A stretch of DNA of 54,885 nucleotides, from the NCBI GenBank assembly GCA_964386675.1, contig CAYLTB010000002.1, positions 1 through 54,885 on the forward strand. The letters are read 5' to 3'. This stretch comes from an uncultured Verrucomicrobiota bacterium (GTDB taxonomy: Bacteria; Verrucomicrobiota; Kiritimatiellia; PWTM01). Made by a program: the position numbers and the translations under genes. Positions within the stretch are counted from its first letter, which is position 1. Every line of letters starts with the position of its first letter. The notes below the pieces were generated by a model. It did no database searches. It was not told where the DNA came from and saw only the letters and a list, made by a program, of their open reading frames with translations. This document shows positions 19,263-28,140 of this stretch, one piece after another.

Positions 19263-19836
19263 GGGAGGCTCTCGCTGTGGTTATGGACGTCTCGAACCGT
19301 TGACCTCACCCTAGGCTAAAAGGACCCTCGACCGGCCCGCATCGAGCCGGCGCCCTGGCGAGATTCGCCTCGCGGAGCGCGCGGGCATTTTCCCGACCCT
19401 GCCGCCCGGATCGTTCCGGGCGACAAGCGCGGAGTTCCGCCATGCTCCCGCGGGAGTGCGCGCATCGGCGGATGTCGTTCGAAGGGCAGAGTCGCGAGCA
19501 TGGCCGCGGTATCGTGCCGGCGGTGCGATCGAATACCGGACCGTGTACGCCCAGGGCCATCCCCGTCGCAGCGGCGGCGCCGGGAAGATCCGCTCGGTCC
19601 GGGCGATGCCGGACCGGCTCCTTGGATCGCCCGACCCGGGTTGCGAATCCGGCCTGCACGCCGGCGATCGCGGCGTTGACCTTCGCGGCTGATGCATCGT
19701 TCATGACACAGCTCCCCAAGACCCGACTCGGAGGAAGCGCCCCGGCACAGGGGTTCGCTTTCCCGATCATCTTGTAGGAGTCATCAGCCCGCAGGGCGGT
19801 TGGATCGAAGGGGGGACTCCATCCCCGGGACGGACG

Positions 19837-20778
19837 CTACCGCGAAGATTCCGATGAATCAACTGCAAATGGCGTCCGTGGTCGCTCCGGGTAGAGCGCC
19901 AGCAGCGCCGGCGCAAAGTCGTCGAGGCGGCGGACGCCGGCGCGCAGGCGTGCGGCGCCGCGGCCCAGCGCGATCAACGGCACGGGATTCAGCGTGTGAT
20001 GGCGCGTCGTGAGGTCCTCGATATTACCGTGGTCGCTGATCAGCGCGAGCAGGCCGCGCCGCGTGCGTGCCCACGGGGCCAGCGCCGTCAGAAACCGGTC
20101 CAGCTTCGCGAGCACCGCCTCAACGTCGCGCCGCTCGCCGCGGTGCGCCGCCAGATCGCTCTCGAAAAATTCGAACAGCGTAAAATCATGGACGCGCGCG
20201 ATGCCCAGCAAATGCGCGGCGGCCGTTTCCGGCGTCAACAACGGCCCGTCGTAGCCGCGGGCGCGGAGCGCGGCGCGGGTGAGATCATGATAGACGGCGC
20301 GGCCGGCCAGCAAGTCGCCGCGGTCCCGCACGGCGCCGAAGGCCGCGAGCGCGGCCGCGGTGGTGACCGAGACGCGCCTCCGTCGCCGGACTTCCTCGAG
20401 GTCGTCCGTAAAGAAAGCGTTCGCGAACGTGGCCGCATACTGCCGGCGGACCAGCTCGGAGAACAGGTTGTGCCGTTCGACGAACGCCCGCAGGCGCGGC
20501 CCCGGCATTCCTTCGACGTGTCGGCCCATACAGGCGGCCGCATTGCGCCCGGTGTACAGCGAGGCTTGGCCGGTCGCGCTCTGCGGCAGCCCCGGCACGC
20601 CCAGGCGTGCATCCACGGGAACGGCGCGGCGCAGCCAGCGCTCAAGGGTCGGGCAAACGCCTTTCCGGATCGGGCCGGCCGCCGGATCGTTGGGTCCGAG
20701 CCCCAGTCCGTCCACAAATACGAGCAGCGTGCGCGGAGCGGGCGCGGCCCGGCAGGGCCTCGGGTCGGGCGCATTCAT
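19837..20778 (-). CDS. Metalloenzyme-superfamily (alkaline phosphatase core / iPGM-phosphopentomutase-like) protein
   Basis: LLVFVDGLGLG near the N-terminus and LISDHGNIED near the C-terminus. Start could instead be 20847. Confidence 0.6.
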   Translation of the reverse strand: MNAPDPRPCRAAPAPRTLLVFVDGLGLGPNDPAAGPIRKGVCPTLERWLRRAVPVDARLGVPGLPQSATGQASLYTGRNAAACMGRHVEGMPGPRLRAFVERHNLFSELVRRQYAATFANAFFTDDLEEVRRRRRVSVTTAAALAAFGAVRDRGDLLAGRAVYHDLTRAALRARGYDGPLLTPETAAAHLLGIARVHDFTLFEFFESDLAAHRGERRDVEAVLAKLDRFLTALAPWARTRRGLLALISDHGNIEDLTTRHHTLNPVPLIALGRGAARLRAGVRRLDDFAPALLALYPERPRTPFAVDSSESSR

Positions 20779-20940
20779 GGGGCACACTATAGTCGGTCCG
20801 GCGCGATTCGTCGCCGTGTCCTGCGCGCCGCGCCTTTCTTTCTCCAAGAGGCTTGCAATACGCCGTTCGGTCTGATAAGCGAAAAGCCCCGATTAGACTT
20901 CCGCGTGCGCGGTGATTCGCGGGCGTATAAAAAAGGCTGA

Positions 20941-22407
20941 ATGAAACCCATCGTCATCCAAGATCAGCCGCGATTGAGTTTCTTTCGCACGGTATGGATC
21001 GCCGTGGACGGCATTCGATACCGGCTGTTCCGCGCCTTGGTCACGGTGGCGGTCATTGCGGTGGCGGTCGCGTTCCTGATGAACATTCTGAGCGAAAGTT
21101 TCATCAAACGCGCGGTGGCCCGGGAGACGCGCGACCGCATCGCGCGCGCGCGCCTCGTGCACGAGTGGGTGGCGCGGTTGACGGCCCCCGGCGACGTGGA
21201 GGGCATCCTCCGCGAACTGGCTGCCGGCCGTCCGGAGGCGCTGGCGGAGGCCGCGCGGTTCGGCGGATTCAACGCGGACGAAGTCGGGACTTTGCGGGAG
21301 TCCGCCGTCCTGGCGGTTCGGACGCTGGACTATCTCAACAGCTTGAACTACGCGCGTCGTCGGCGCCTGGTCCATGCGACGGCCGGGGTGGATATGCTGG
21401 CTTACCTGGCGACCCCGGAAGGCGGCCGCGCCTTCTTCGAGACGCTGGACCGAACGGCGGCGCTGCGGCTGCCGTTCCCGCGCGAGGACCTGCAGCGGCT
21501 GCTCGACGGCTGGCCGGACACGCGCGGCCGCGTGGATCGCATCCTCTCCGGCCGACGCGCGGCCGTTGCCCGCGTGACGGAGGCGCGCGGTCCGCGCGCG
21601 GTGCTGGAGGCGCTGGCCGAGGCGGACGGTCCGTTTGGTGACGCGGTCCGCGCGGCCGGCTTCCGGTTCGATGCGGCGGTGGCGGCGGCGGTCGCGGCGC
21701 AGGCGCGTCGCGAACTGGATATCCGCGCCGTGGAACGCGGACTGGACGTGCGCGCCGTTCGCCAGCTCGTGGCCCAGCACTTCGACGCGTTGCCGGGCGA
21801 CGTGACGGTCATGCAGCTCTGGCGGTTCGCGGAAGCGCCGGAGCGCGCGGAACGGATGTTGGCGGCGCTGCGGTCGGCCGGCGAATCCCGCGCCGGGCTG
21901 ATCGCCGCGCGGATCGGCGAGCTGGCGGCGCACCGGCGGGAGGCCGCCGCGCTGGAGCGGGCCGCGCGGCTGACGATTGGCGTCGGCGGCGGTTGGATGG
22001 GCTTGGGCGAACGGCTCAGCTGGCTGCTGATGGTGTCGATGCTGGTGTGCGCGATCGGCATCAGCAACGCGATGCTGATGACCGTGACCGAACGGTTCCG
22101 GGAAATCGCGACGCTGAAGTGCCTGGGCGCGCTGGACGGCTTCATCATGCTGATGTTCGTGCTCGAGAGCTGCCTGTTGGGCATTGTCGGCGGCGTGGCC
22201 GGCGGCCTGATCGGCGGCCTGATCGGCGCCGGCCGCATGCTGGCGGGATTCGGCGGCGTGGCGGGCGCGGCAATGCCGTGGGGCGACCTCGCCGTCGGCG
22301 TCGGGCTAGCGGTCGCCGTCGGCGTCGGGCTGGCGGCGATCGCGGCCGTGTATCCTTCGTTTCGAGCGGCGCGGCTGGCGCCGATGGAAGCGATGCGCGT
22401 CGAATGA
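20941..22407 (+). CDS. FtsX/MacB-type ABC permease with an atypical all-helical roughly 300-aa loop (operon gene A)
   Basis: TM1 (LVTVAVIAVAVAFLM), then a long Ala/Arg-rich region. Canonical FtsX block follows: ISNAMLMTVTERFREIATLKCLGALDGFIMLMFVLESCLLGIVGG plus two further TMs. Confidence 0.8.
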   Translation: MKPIVIQDQPRLSFFRTVWIAVDGIRYRLFRALVTVAVIAVAVAFLMNILSESFIKRAVARETRDRIARARLVHEWVARLTAPGDVEGILRELAAGRPEALAEAARFGGFNADEVGTLRESAVLAVRTLDYLNSLNYARRRRLVHATAGVDMLAYLATPEGGRAFFETLDRTAALRLPFPREDLQRLLDGWPDTRGRVDRILSGRRAAVARVTEARGPRAVLEALAEADGPFGDAVRAAGFRFDAAVAAAVAAQARRELDIRAVERGLDVRAVRQLVAQHFDALPGDVTVMQLWRFAEAPERAERMLAALRSAGESRAGLIAARIGELAAHRREAAALERAARLTIGVGGGWMGLGERLSWLLMVSMLVCAIGISNAMLMTVTERFREIATLKCLGALDGFIMLMFVLESCLLGIVGGVAGGLIGGLIGAGRMLAGFGGVAGAAMPWGDLAVGVGLAVAVGVGLAAIAAVYPSFRAARLAPMEAMRVE

Positions 22408-23216
22408 CCGTCACGGCAATCCAAACCGGCGCGCCCGCGTCGGCGGCCCGCGGCACGGAGCGCCGCGTGCTGATCCGCACGGTCGGCCTGAAGAAGTCCT
22501 ACCTGAAGAAGGGCGTGCTGACCGAAGCGCTGCGCGGACTCGACGTCGAGATCTTCTCCGGTGAATTCATTTCGGTGATGGGCCCCTCCGGCTCGGGGAA
22601 GAGCACCTTTTTCAATATGATCGGGGCGCTGGACAGCCCCAGCCAGGGCCGCGTGTTCATTGACGAGGTGGACGTCGCGCAGTTGACCGCCGAGGAGCTG
22701 GCCTACCTCCGCTGCCAGAAGATCGGCTACATTTTCCAGTCCTACAACCTCATCCAATACATGACCGCCCTGGAGAACGTGACGACGCCGATGGCCTTCG
22801 GCGGCGTGATGCCGGACGATGCGCGCCGCCGGGGCATGCGGATTCTCGAGATCGTCGGCCTCAAGGAGCGCTGGTTCCACCGGCCCATCGAGATGTCCGG
22901 CGGCCAGCAGCAGCGCGTGGCGATCGCGCGCTCGCTGGCGAACAACCCCAGCGTGCTGCTCTGCGACGAGCCGACAGCCAACCTCGATCTGCACACCGGC
23001 CAGGAAATCCTGGATATCCTCGTGCGGCTGAACAAGGAGCAGAAAGTCACGATCATCTGCGCGACGCACGACCATCGGATGATGAACGTCTGCGACCGTT
23101 TGATGTGGGTGCGGGACGGCCGCATCGAGCGTGTCGCGCGCCGCGAGGATGTGAAGATCGAGATCGGCAGCATCGGCGGCAGGCGCGCGTCCGCGCCGGA
23201 GACGAAGCCTTCATGA
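22404..23216 (+). CDS. MacB/LolD-type ABC ATP-binding protein (operon gene B)
   Basis: Walker A GPSGSGKST, Q-loop IFQSYNL, signature MSGGQQQRVAIARSL, Walker B LLCDEPTANLD, H-loop ATHD. ATGA overlaps on both sides. Confidence 0.9.
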   Translation: MTVTAIQTGAPASAARGTERRVLIRTVGLKKSYLKKGVLTEALRGLDVEIFSGEFISVMGPSGSGKSTFFNMIGALDSPSQGRVFIDEVDVAQLTAEELAYLRCQKIGYIFQSYNLIQYMTALENVTTPMAFGGVMPDDARRRGMRILEIVGLKERWFHRPIEMSGGQQQRVAIARSLANNPSVLLCDEPTANLDLHTGQEILDILVRLNKEQKVTIICATHDHRMMNVCDRLMWVRDGRIERVARREDVKIEIGSIGGRRASAPETKPS

Positions 23217-26200
23217 ATTCCGCCGGCCACCTCCGACGTCTCGGATTCGCCGCCGCCCTGGCGGCGTTCGCCGGACGCGCCCCCGCCGCGCCGCCTTCGT
23301 CCCGGTTTGCCGCGGACCTTGCAGCGCTGACGTCCGCGCCCCACCGGCTGACCGGCACGCCCGAAGGCGGCGCGGCCGCGGCGCACCTCGAACGGCGACT
23401 CCGCGAGATCGGCGCCGAGTGGGTCGTCGTTCAGCCGTTTGCCACCGTGCGCGCGGAGACGCGGCGCTGCGAACTGCGCCGGGCGGAAGGCGCGCCGCTC
23501 GCCCTGCTGCCGATGCGTCCGAACGGGCTGATGCTGCCGACGACTCCGCCGGGCGGCCTCCGCGGGCGCCTGGTCCGCGTGGGCCCGGGCGAGGCGAGCG
23601 ACTTTGCCGAGCGCGAGGTCCGCGGCGCGATCGTCGTGATGGACTTCAACGGTTCCGAGGGCTGGCTGCGCGCCTTTCGGCTCGGCGCGCAGGCGGTGGT
23701 CTTCACGCCGTCCGTCCGGCTCCACGGCACGACGGCCTACCACCTCGACGTGCAGTTGAACCTGCCGCGCTTCTATTACGACGGGCCGGCCGCCGACCTG
23801 CCCGACGGGGTGGAGGTGACGATCGAAAGCGAGATCGTCTGGCAGCCGGCCGTCGGCCGCAATATCGTCGCGTTTTTCCGCGGCACAAATCCCGTCTTCG
23901 CGCAGAACCGCGAGGAGGCGATCGTGCTGAGCGCGGACTACGACAGCTACGGCGCTGTGCCGGAACGGAGTCCCGACGCCCGCGGTGCGGCCAATGCCGC
24001 CGCGCTGCTGAAACTGGCGGAATCGCTGCGCGCTCGCCCCCCCCGCCGTCATACGCTGATCGTCTTTTTCGACGCGCAGTGGAACGCGCAGGAAGGGTCT
24101 TCGACCTTCTACATGGCGCTCGAAGACAAGCACGATCTCGCTTCGGTGGCGAAACGGCGCATGTCGCTCGACGCGGAACGCCAGTTTCTCGACGCGCTGC
24201 GGGGCGCGCTGGCCGAGCCCCACCCGCTGACGACCGCATCGCGGGTGCGGCGCGCGCTGCTCAAGCGGGTCGAAGACGCCGCCAAGAGCGGCGCCTTTGA
24301 AATCGGCGACCGAATGGCCGAACTGCGGCGCGAGCGACTCGCGCTGCGCGCGCAGCTCGGCACGCCGCCGCGCTCGAACCCGCCGCCGGAGATCATCGCG
24401 CAGATTGAGGAGATCGGACGCGAGCTGGACGAGCAACTGCAACCCGAGAAGGACCGATGGAACGACCTGCGCCGGGCGCTGAGCCGCGACCGGTACACCG
24501 GCCTCGCCCCGGAGGTCGAGGCGAAGCTTCAGTTGGCGTATGCGAAAGTCCGCGAGAGCGTCGAGCGAAGAAGCGCCGAGTTGGAACTGGAGGGCGCGCG
24601 GCTGGCGGCCGACGAGCAGCTGCAGGCGAGCCTGAAATCGTACTGGCTGACGCTGCACCTGGCGCTGTTGCTCGGCGACGCGACCGATCGTTGGGGGCTG
24701 ATCATCGGCGGCGATTCCTATTTCCGGCATCCGGACGACAACCCGGGCCTCTACGGCCGGCTGCAGAACGTCTTTCTCCGGGCGTATCGCGACCTCGAGG
24801 CCGCCGGCCGCGCGCCGGAGGCATTCGAGACGGCCACGGCCGACCAGACCCTGACGAACACGCGCATCCTGTTCGCCGGCCGCGGCGGATTGCGGCACGG
24901 CGGCGAGCCGGCGGGCGCCTTCGGTTTCTTCAATGCCGCGCTGGGCACGGTGCAGGAGGCGGCCGGCCGCGACGGGACGCCGTTCGATACGCCCGACCGC
25001 CTGGACGCCGGCCGTATCGAGCGGCAGACGGACGCGATCGCCCGGTTGCTGTTCGGATGTGCGAGCCTCGATGTGGAGGCGTCCCGGCCGGACGCTGCGC
25101 CCGAACCCGGCGAAACGGCCGGCGTCGCGGACCAGGCGGGCCTGTCGTTGCGGCGCGGCATTGTCGGCGGGAAGGAATACGCGTGGAGCCGGTTCGAGCG
25201 CGAGACCACGGCCGGCCCCACCGTCATGGGCATGCTGCCCGGAAGCTCCGTACCCGACACGCCGGTGCCCGGTGCGATGGTATTTTTCATGAATCGGAAC
25301 CCGGCGAGCCTGACCTTCAACGCAGCCAAGCCGCTCAACAGCTCGCTATTTCGCATCCTGCGCACGGACGAAAACGGCAACTACCGCCTCGGACCCTCGC
25401 CGGGCGGCGCCGGCTGGACGGACGCGCGCGGCTTCGCGGCGGTCTTCGACGATCGCGGCGAACTGGTCCTGGCGTCGAACCAGCAGACCCTGCAGCAGGT
25501 CAAGCAGCGGCTCAACGCGTTCCGCGCCCGCGCCGGCGGGATCGTCCTGCCACCGCCGCTGCGCGCCACGCTGCCGGCCGGCTCAACCGTTCGTCTGCTC
25601 TCGGCCTTCGAAAACGGGGACCTGGACCCCCGGAAGCGGCTCCACCTCGTCAACGACGGCGCGATCGCATGGTTTTCGGAGCAGCGCGAGAAGGCGGTCA
25701 AGATCTTCAACTTGGATGCGGTCTCGATGCTCGGCATCGGCCCCGAGCGGTTGGAGGAGGCCGGCGCGGAGGATGCGGCGTTCAACTGGCTCGGCGATGG
25801 GTTCCCGATGATCCCGCGCTGGACGCCCGTGCCGGCGACGCGGCGCTCGGCGGTGGACCTGTGGCGGCTGAACGAGTCGCGGCTGCGCGTGCTGCAGGGC
25901 AAGAACATCATCGACAGCTCGCTGGCGGAATTGCACGGCCGCGTGGAGGACCTGCTGCTGGAAGCGCAGCGCCGGCCGGCAACGCTCCGCGCGGAGGCGC
26001 TCGACGCCGAAGCGCTGTGGGCAGCGCGCCCGGTCTATCGGAAGACCCGCGCGATCATTGACGACCTGGTCTTTGCCGTGCTGATCCTGCTGGGCCTCGC
26101 GGTGCCGTTTGCCTTCGCGATGGAGCGCGTGGTCGTCGGCGCGGTCACGGTGTACCGCCAGATCGGCTGGTTCGTCGTATTCTTCGCGGCCACGTTTGGG

Positions 26201-28126
26201 ATCTTGTTCGTCTCGCACCCGGCCTTCGCGATCGCGAACACGCCGATCATCATCTTCCTGGGCTTCGCGATCCTGACGCTGTCGGGCATGGTCATCTCGA
26301 TCATCATGCGCAAGTTCGAGGTCGAGTTGAAGGCGATGCAGGGGATGACGGCGACCGTCCACGCGGCGGACGTCTCGCGCGTGAACACGGTGCTGGCGGC
26401 GATGCAGATGGGGATCTCGACGATGCGCCGCCGCCCGCTGCGGACGGCGCTGACGGCGGTGACGATTATCCTGCTGACCTTCACGATCTTGAGTTTCGCC
26501 TCCTTCGGCACGCAATCGGGACTGCTACGGCTCTTCGTCGCGCCGGCGCCCGGCTATGCCGGCGCCTGGATGCACGATGCCAACTGGCAGCCGATCGCGC
26601 CGGAGCTGCTGGATACCGTGGAAGGCCGCTGGGGCGCCGACGCCGACGTATGCGGCCGCTGGTGGATCTCGCCGCGCGCGCAGGCCGCCGCCGGCGGCCT
26701 GCTGACGCGCGAGGACGGCACGCGCCCGATCGAGATTCCCGCGGTGCTGGGGTTCGATGCGCGGGAAATCCGCCGCCGGCCGGATCTCGCCGCGCTGGTC
26801 GAGAGCGATCTGGAAGGCGCGATCCAGATCACGCCGGCGGTGGCCCGCGCGCTGGGTGTCGCGCCGGGCGACCGGGTGCGGTTCCGCGGCAAGTCGTTCC
26901 GCGTCGCGCGGCTCACGGACGCGACGGCGTTCTCGTCGGTGCAGGACATGGACGGCGCGAGCGTCTTGCCGGTGGACTTCACCGAGGTGCGGTCCAGCCA
27001 GCCGGCGAGCACCCAGGTTAGCGAGGAAGCCTCGCTGCATGCCTCCGTCAACTGGACGAGCCTGCCGGTGGATTCCGTGGCGATCCTGTCGGCCGCGGAA
27101 GCGCGGGCCATGGGCGCGGCGCTGCACGGCATCGCGGTCTATGCGGCGGACGTGCCGGCGGCGCGCGAGATCGGCGCGGCGCTGGCGCGAATGCTGCCGA
27201 TGCCGGTGGCCGTGACGCAGGAAAACGGCGTCTACCGCCAGGTGCTCGGAACGCTGGTGGCGGCCAGCGGCGCGGCGGACCTGTTTTTCCCGATCCTGCT
27301 GGGCGGCCTGGTGATCTTCGGAACGATGCTCGGCTCGGTGGCCGATCGCGAGCGCGAAATCTACACGTTCAGCGCGCTGGGCCTGGCGCCGCGGCACGTC
27401 GCCACGCTGTTTCTGTCCGAGGCGCTCGTCTATTCGCTGATCGGCGGCATGGGCGGTTACCTGCTGGCGCAAGGCATGGTCCGCATCCTCACCGCGCTGG
27501 CCGAGCACGGCTGGGTGCGCGTTCCGGAAATGAACATGTCCTCGACGAACACGATCGTCACGATCCTGATCGTCATGGCCACCGTGCTCGTTTCGGCGAT
27601 CTACCCGGCGGTCAAGGCTTCGAAGTCGGCCAACCCGGGCTTGATGCGGACGTGGCGGCCGCCGGCGCCCGACGGCGACCGGAGGGACATGATCTTCCCG
27701 TTCACGGTTTCCGAGTACGACCTGACGGGCGTCGTCAGCTTCCTGAAGGAACACTTCGACAACCACAGCGACACGGGGCTCGGTCGCTTCATGGCGCGCG
27801 AGAGCGCGCTGGTCCGGCCGCAGGGCACGCTCGGACTCCGCTCCACGCTGATGCTCGCGCCGTTCGACCTCGGCGTCAGCCAGCGCTTCCACCTGCAGGC
27901 GGTGCCCAGCGAGATCCCGGGCATTGACGAGGTGCATATCCGCCTCGAACGGATTTCGGGCCAGCCGAAAGACTGGCAGCGGCTGAACCGCGTCTTCCTG
28001 AAAGACCTGCGCCAGCAATTCCTGATCTGGCGCTCGATCCCGCAGGAGGCCATGGAAACCTATCGCGAGCGGACGCTGACGCACTTCGGCGCCGCGGCGG
28101 CGGAGACGAAACCGACGGCGAACTGA
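23213..28126 (+). CDS. 1637-aa fusion: signal/anchor + PA/M28 peptidase-like ectodomain + coiled coil + large ectodomain + FtsX-type permease module(s) + C-terminal cytoplasmic domain (operon gene C)
   Basis: N-terminus MNSAGHLRRLGFAAALAAFAG. PA-like GAIVVMDFNGSEGW...GAQAVVF. M28-like blocks with altered ligands (see findings). TM cluster from about 26060. MRRRPLRTALTAVTIILLTF permease start at 26423. FtsX block EREIYTFSALGLAPRHVATLFLSEALVYSLIGGMGGY. Confidence 0.8.
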   Translation: MNSAGHLRRLGFAAALAAFAGRAPAAPPSSRFAADLAALTSAPHRLTGTPEGGAAAAHLERRLREIGAEWVVVQPFATVRAETRRCELRRAEGAPLALLPMRPNGLMLPTTPPGGLRGRLVRVGPGEASDFAEREVRGAIVVMDFNGSEGWLRAFRLGAQAVVFTPSVRLHGTTAYHLDVQLNLPRFYYDGPAADLPDGVEVTIESEIVWQPAVGRNIVAFFRGTNPVFAQNREEAIVLSADYDSYGAVPERSPDARGAANAAALLKLAESLRARPPRRHTLIVFFDAQWNAQEGSSTFYMALEDKHDLASVAKRRMSLDAERQFLDALRGALAEPHPLTTASRVRRALLKRVEDAAKSGAFEIGDRMAELRRERLALRAQLGTPPRSNPPPEIIAQIEEIGRELDEQLQPEKDRWNDLRRALSRDRYTGLAPEVEAKLQLAYAKVRESVERRSAELELEGARLAADEQLQASLKSYWLTLHLALLLGDATDRWGLIIGGDSYFRHPDDNPGLYGRLQNVFLRAYRDLEAAGRAPEAFETATADQTLTNTRILFAGRGGLRHGGEPAGAFGFFNAALGTVQEAAGRDGTPFDTPDRLDAGRIERQTDAIARLLFGCASLDVEASRPDAAPEPGETAGVADQAGLSLRRGIVGGKEYAWSRFERETTAGPTVMGMLPGSSVPDTPVPGAMVFFMNRNPASLTFNAAKPLNSSLFRILRTDENGNYRLGPSPGGAGWTDARGFAAVFDDRGELVLASNQQTLQQVKQRLNAFRARAGGIVLPPPLRATLPAGSTVRLLSAFENGDLDPRKRLHLVNDGAIAWFSEQREKAVKIFNLDAVSMLGIGPERLEEAGAEDAAFNWLGDGFPMIPRWTPVPATRRSAVDLWRLNESRLRVLQGKNIIDSSLAELHGRVEDLLLEAQRRPATLRAEALDAEALWAARPVYRKTRAIIDDLVFAVLILLGLAVPFAFAMERVVVGAVTVYRQIGWFVVFFAATFGILFVSHPAFAIANTPIIIFLGFAILTLSGMVISIIMRKFEVELKAMQGMTATVHAADVSRVNTVLAAMQMGISTMRRRPLRTALTAVTIILLTFTILSFASFGTQSGLLRLFVAPAPGYAGAWMHDANWQPIAPELLDTVEGRWGADADVCGRWWISPRAQAAAGGLLTREDGTRPIEIPAVLGFDAREIRRRPDLAALVESDLEGAIQITPAVARALGVAPGDRVRFRGKSFRVARLTDATAFSSVQDMDGASVLPVDFTEVRSSQPASTQVSEEASLHASVNWTSLPVDSVAILSAAEARAMGAALHGIAVYAADVPAAREIGAALARMLPMPVAVTQENGVYRQVLGTLVAASGAADLFFPILLGGLVIFGTMLGSVADREREIYTFSALGLAPRHVATLFLSEALVYSLIGGMGGYLLAQGMVRILTALAEHGWVRVPEMNMSSTNTIVTILIVMATVLVSAIYPAVKASKSANPGLMRTWRPPAPDGDRRDMIFPFTVSEYDLTGVVSFLKEHFDNHSDTGLGRFMARESALVRPQGTLGLRSTLMLAPFDLGVSQRFHLQAVPSEIPGIDEVHIRLERISGQPKDWQRLNRVFLKDLRQQFLIWRSIPQEAMETYRERTLTHFGAAAAETKPTAN

Positions 28127-28140
28127 TCCCTTGGCGCGAC

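Noticed and set aside
19306-19770. 154-aa minus-strand ORF and the overlapping 111-128-aa ORFs in the gap upstream of the antiporter.
   Set aside because: They show Arg/Pro/Ala-rich composition, mutually overlapping frames, no RBS and no motif. They are treated as non-coding pending comparative data.
20848-20940. Promoter for the six-gene ABC operon (TTGCAA-17 nt-TAAGCG, or TATAAA just before the RBS).
   Set aside because: The -10 candidates are poor or badly positioned; TATAAA is only about 10 nt from the start codon. I cannot support a specific call from sequence alone.
22190-22345. Short tandem nucleotide repeats (GGCGGCCTGATC x2; GTCGGCGTCGGGCTrGCGG x2) that might suggest a CRISPR or VNTR.
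   Set aside because: They lie inside the FtsX permease gene and simply encode Gly/Leu/Val-rich TM segments (GGLIGGLIG, VGVGLAVAVGVGLAA). No spacer-repeat architecture exists anywhere in the window.
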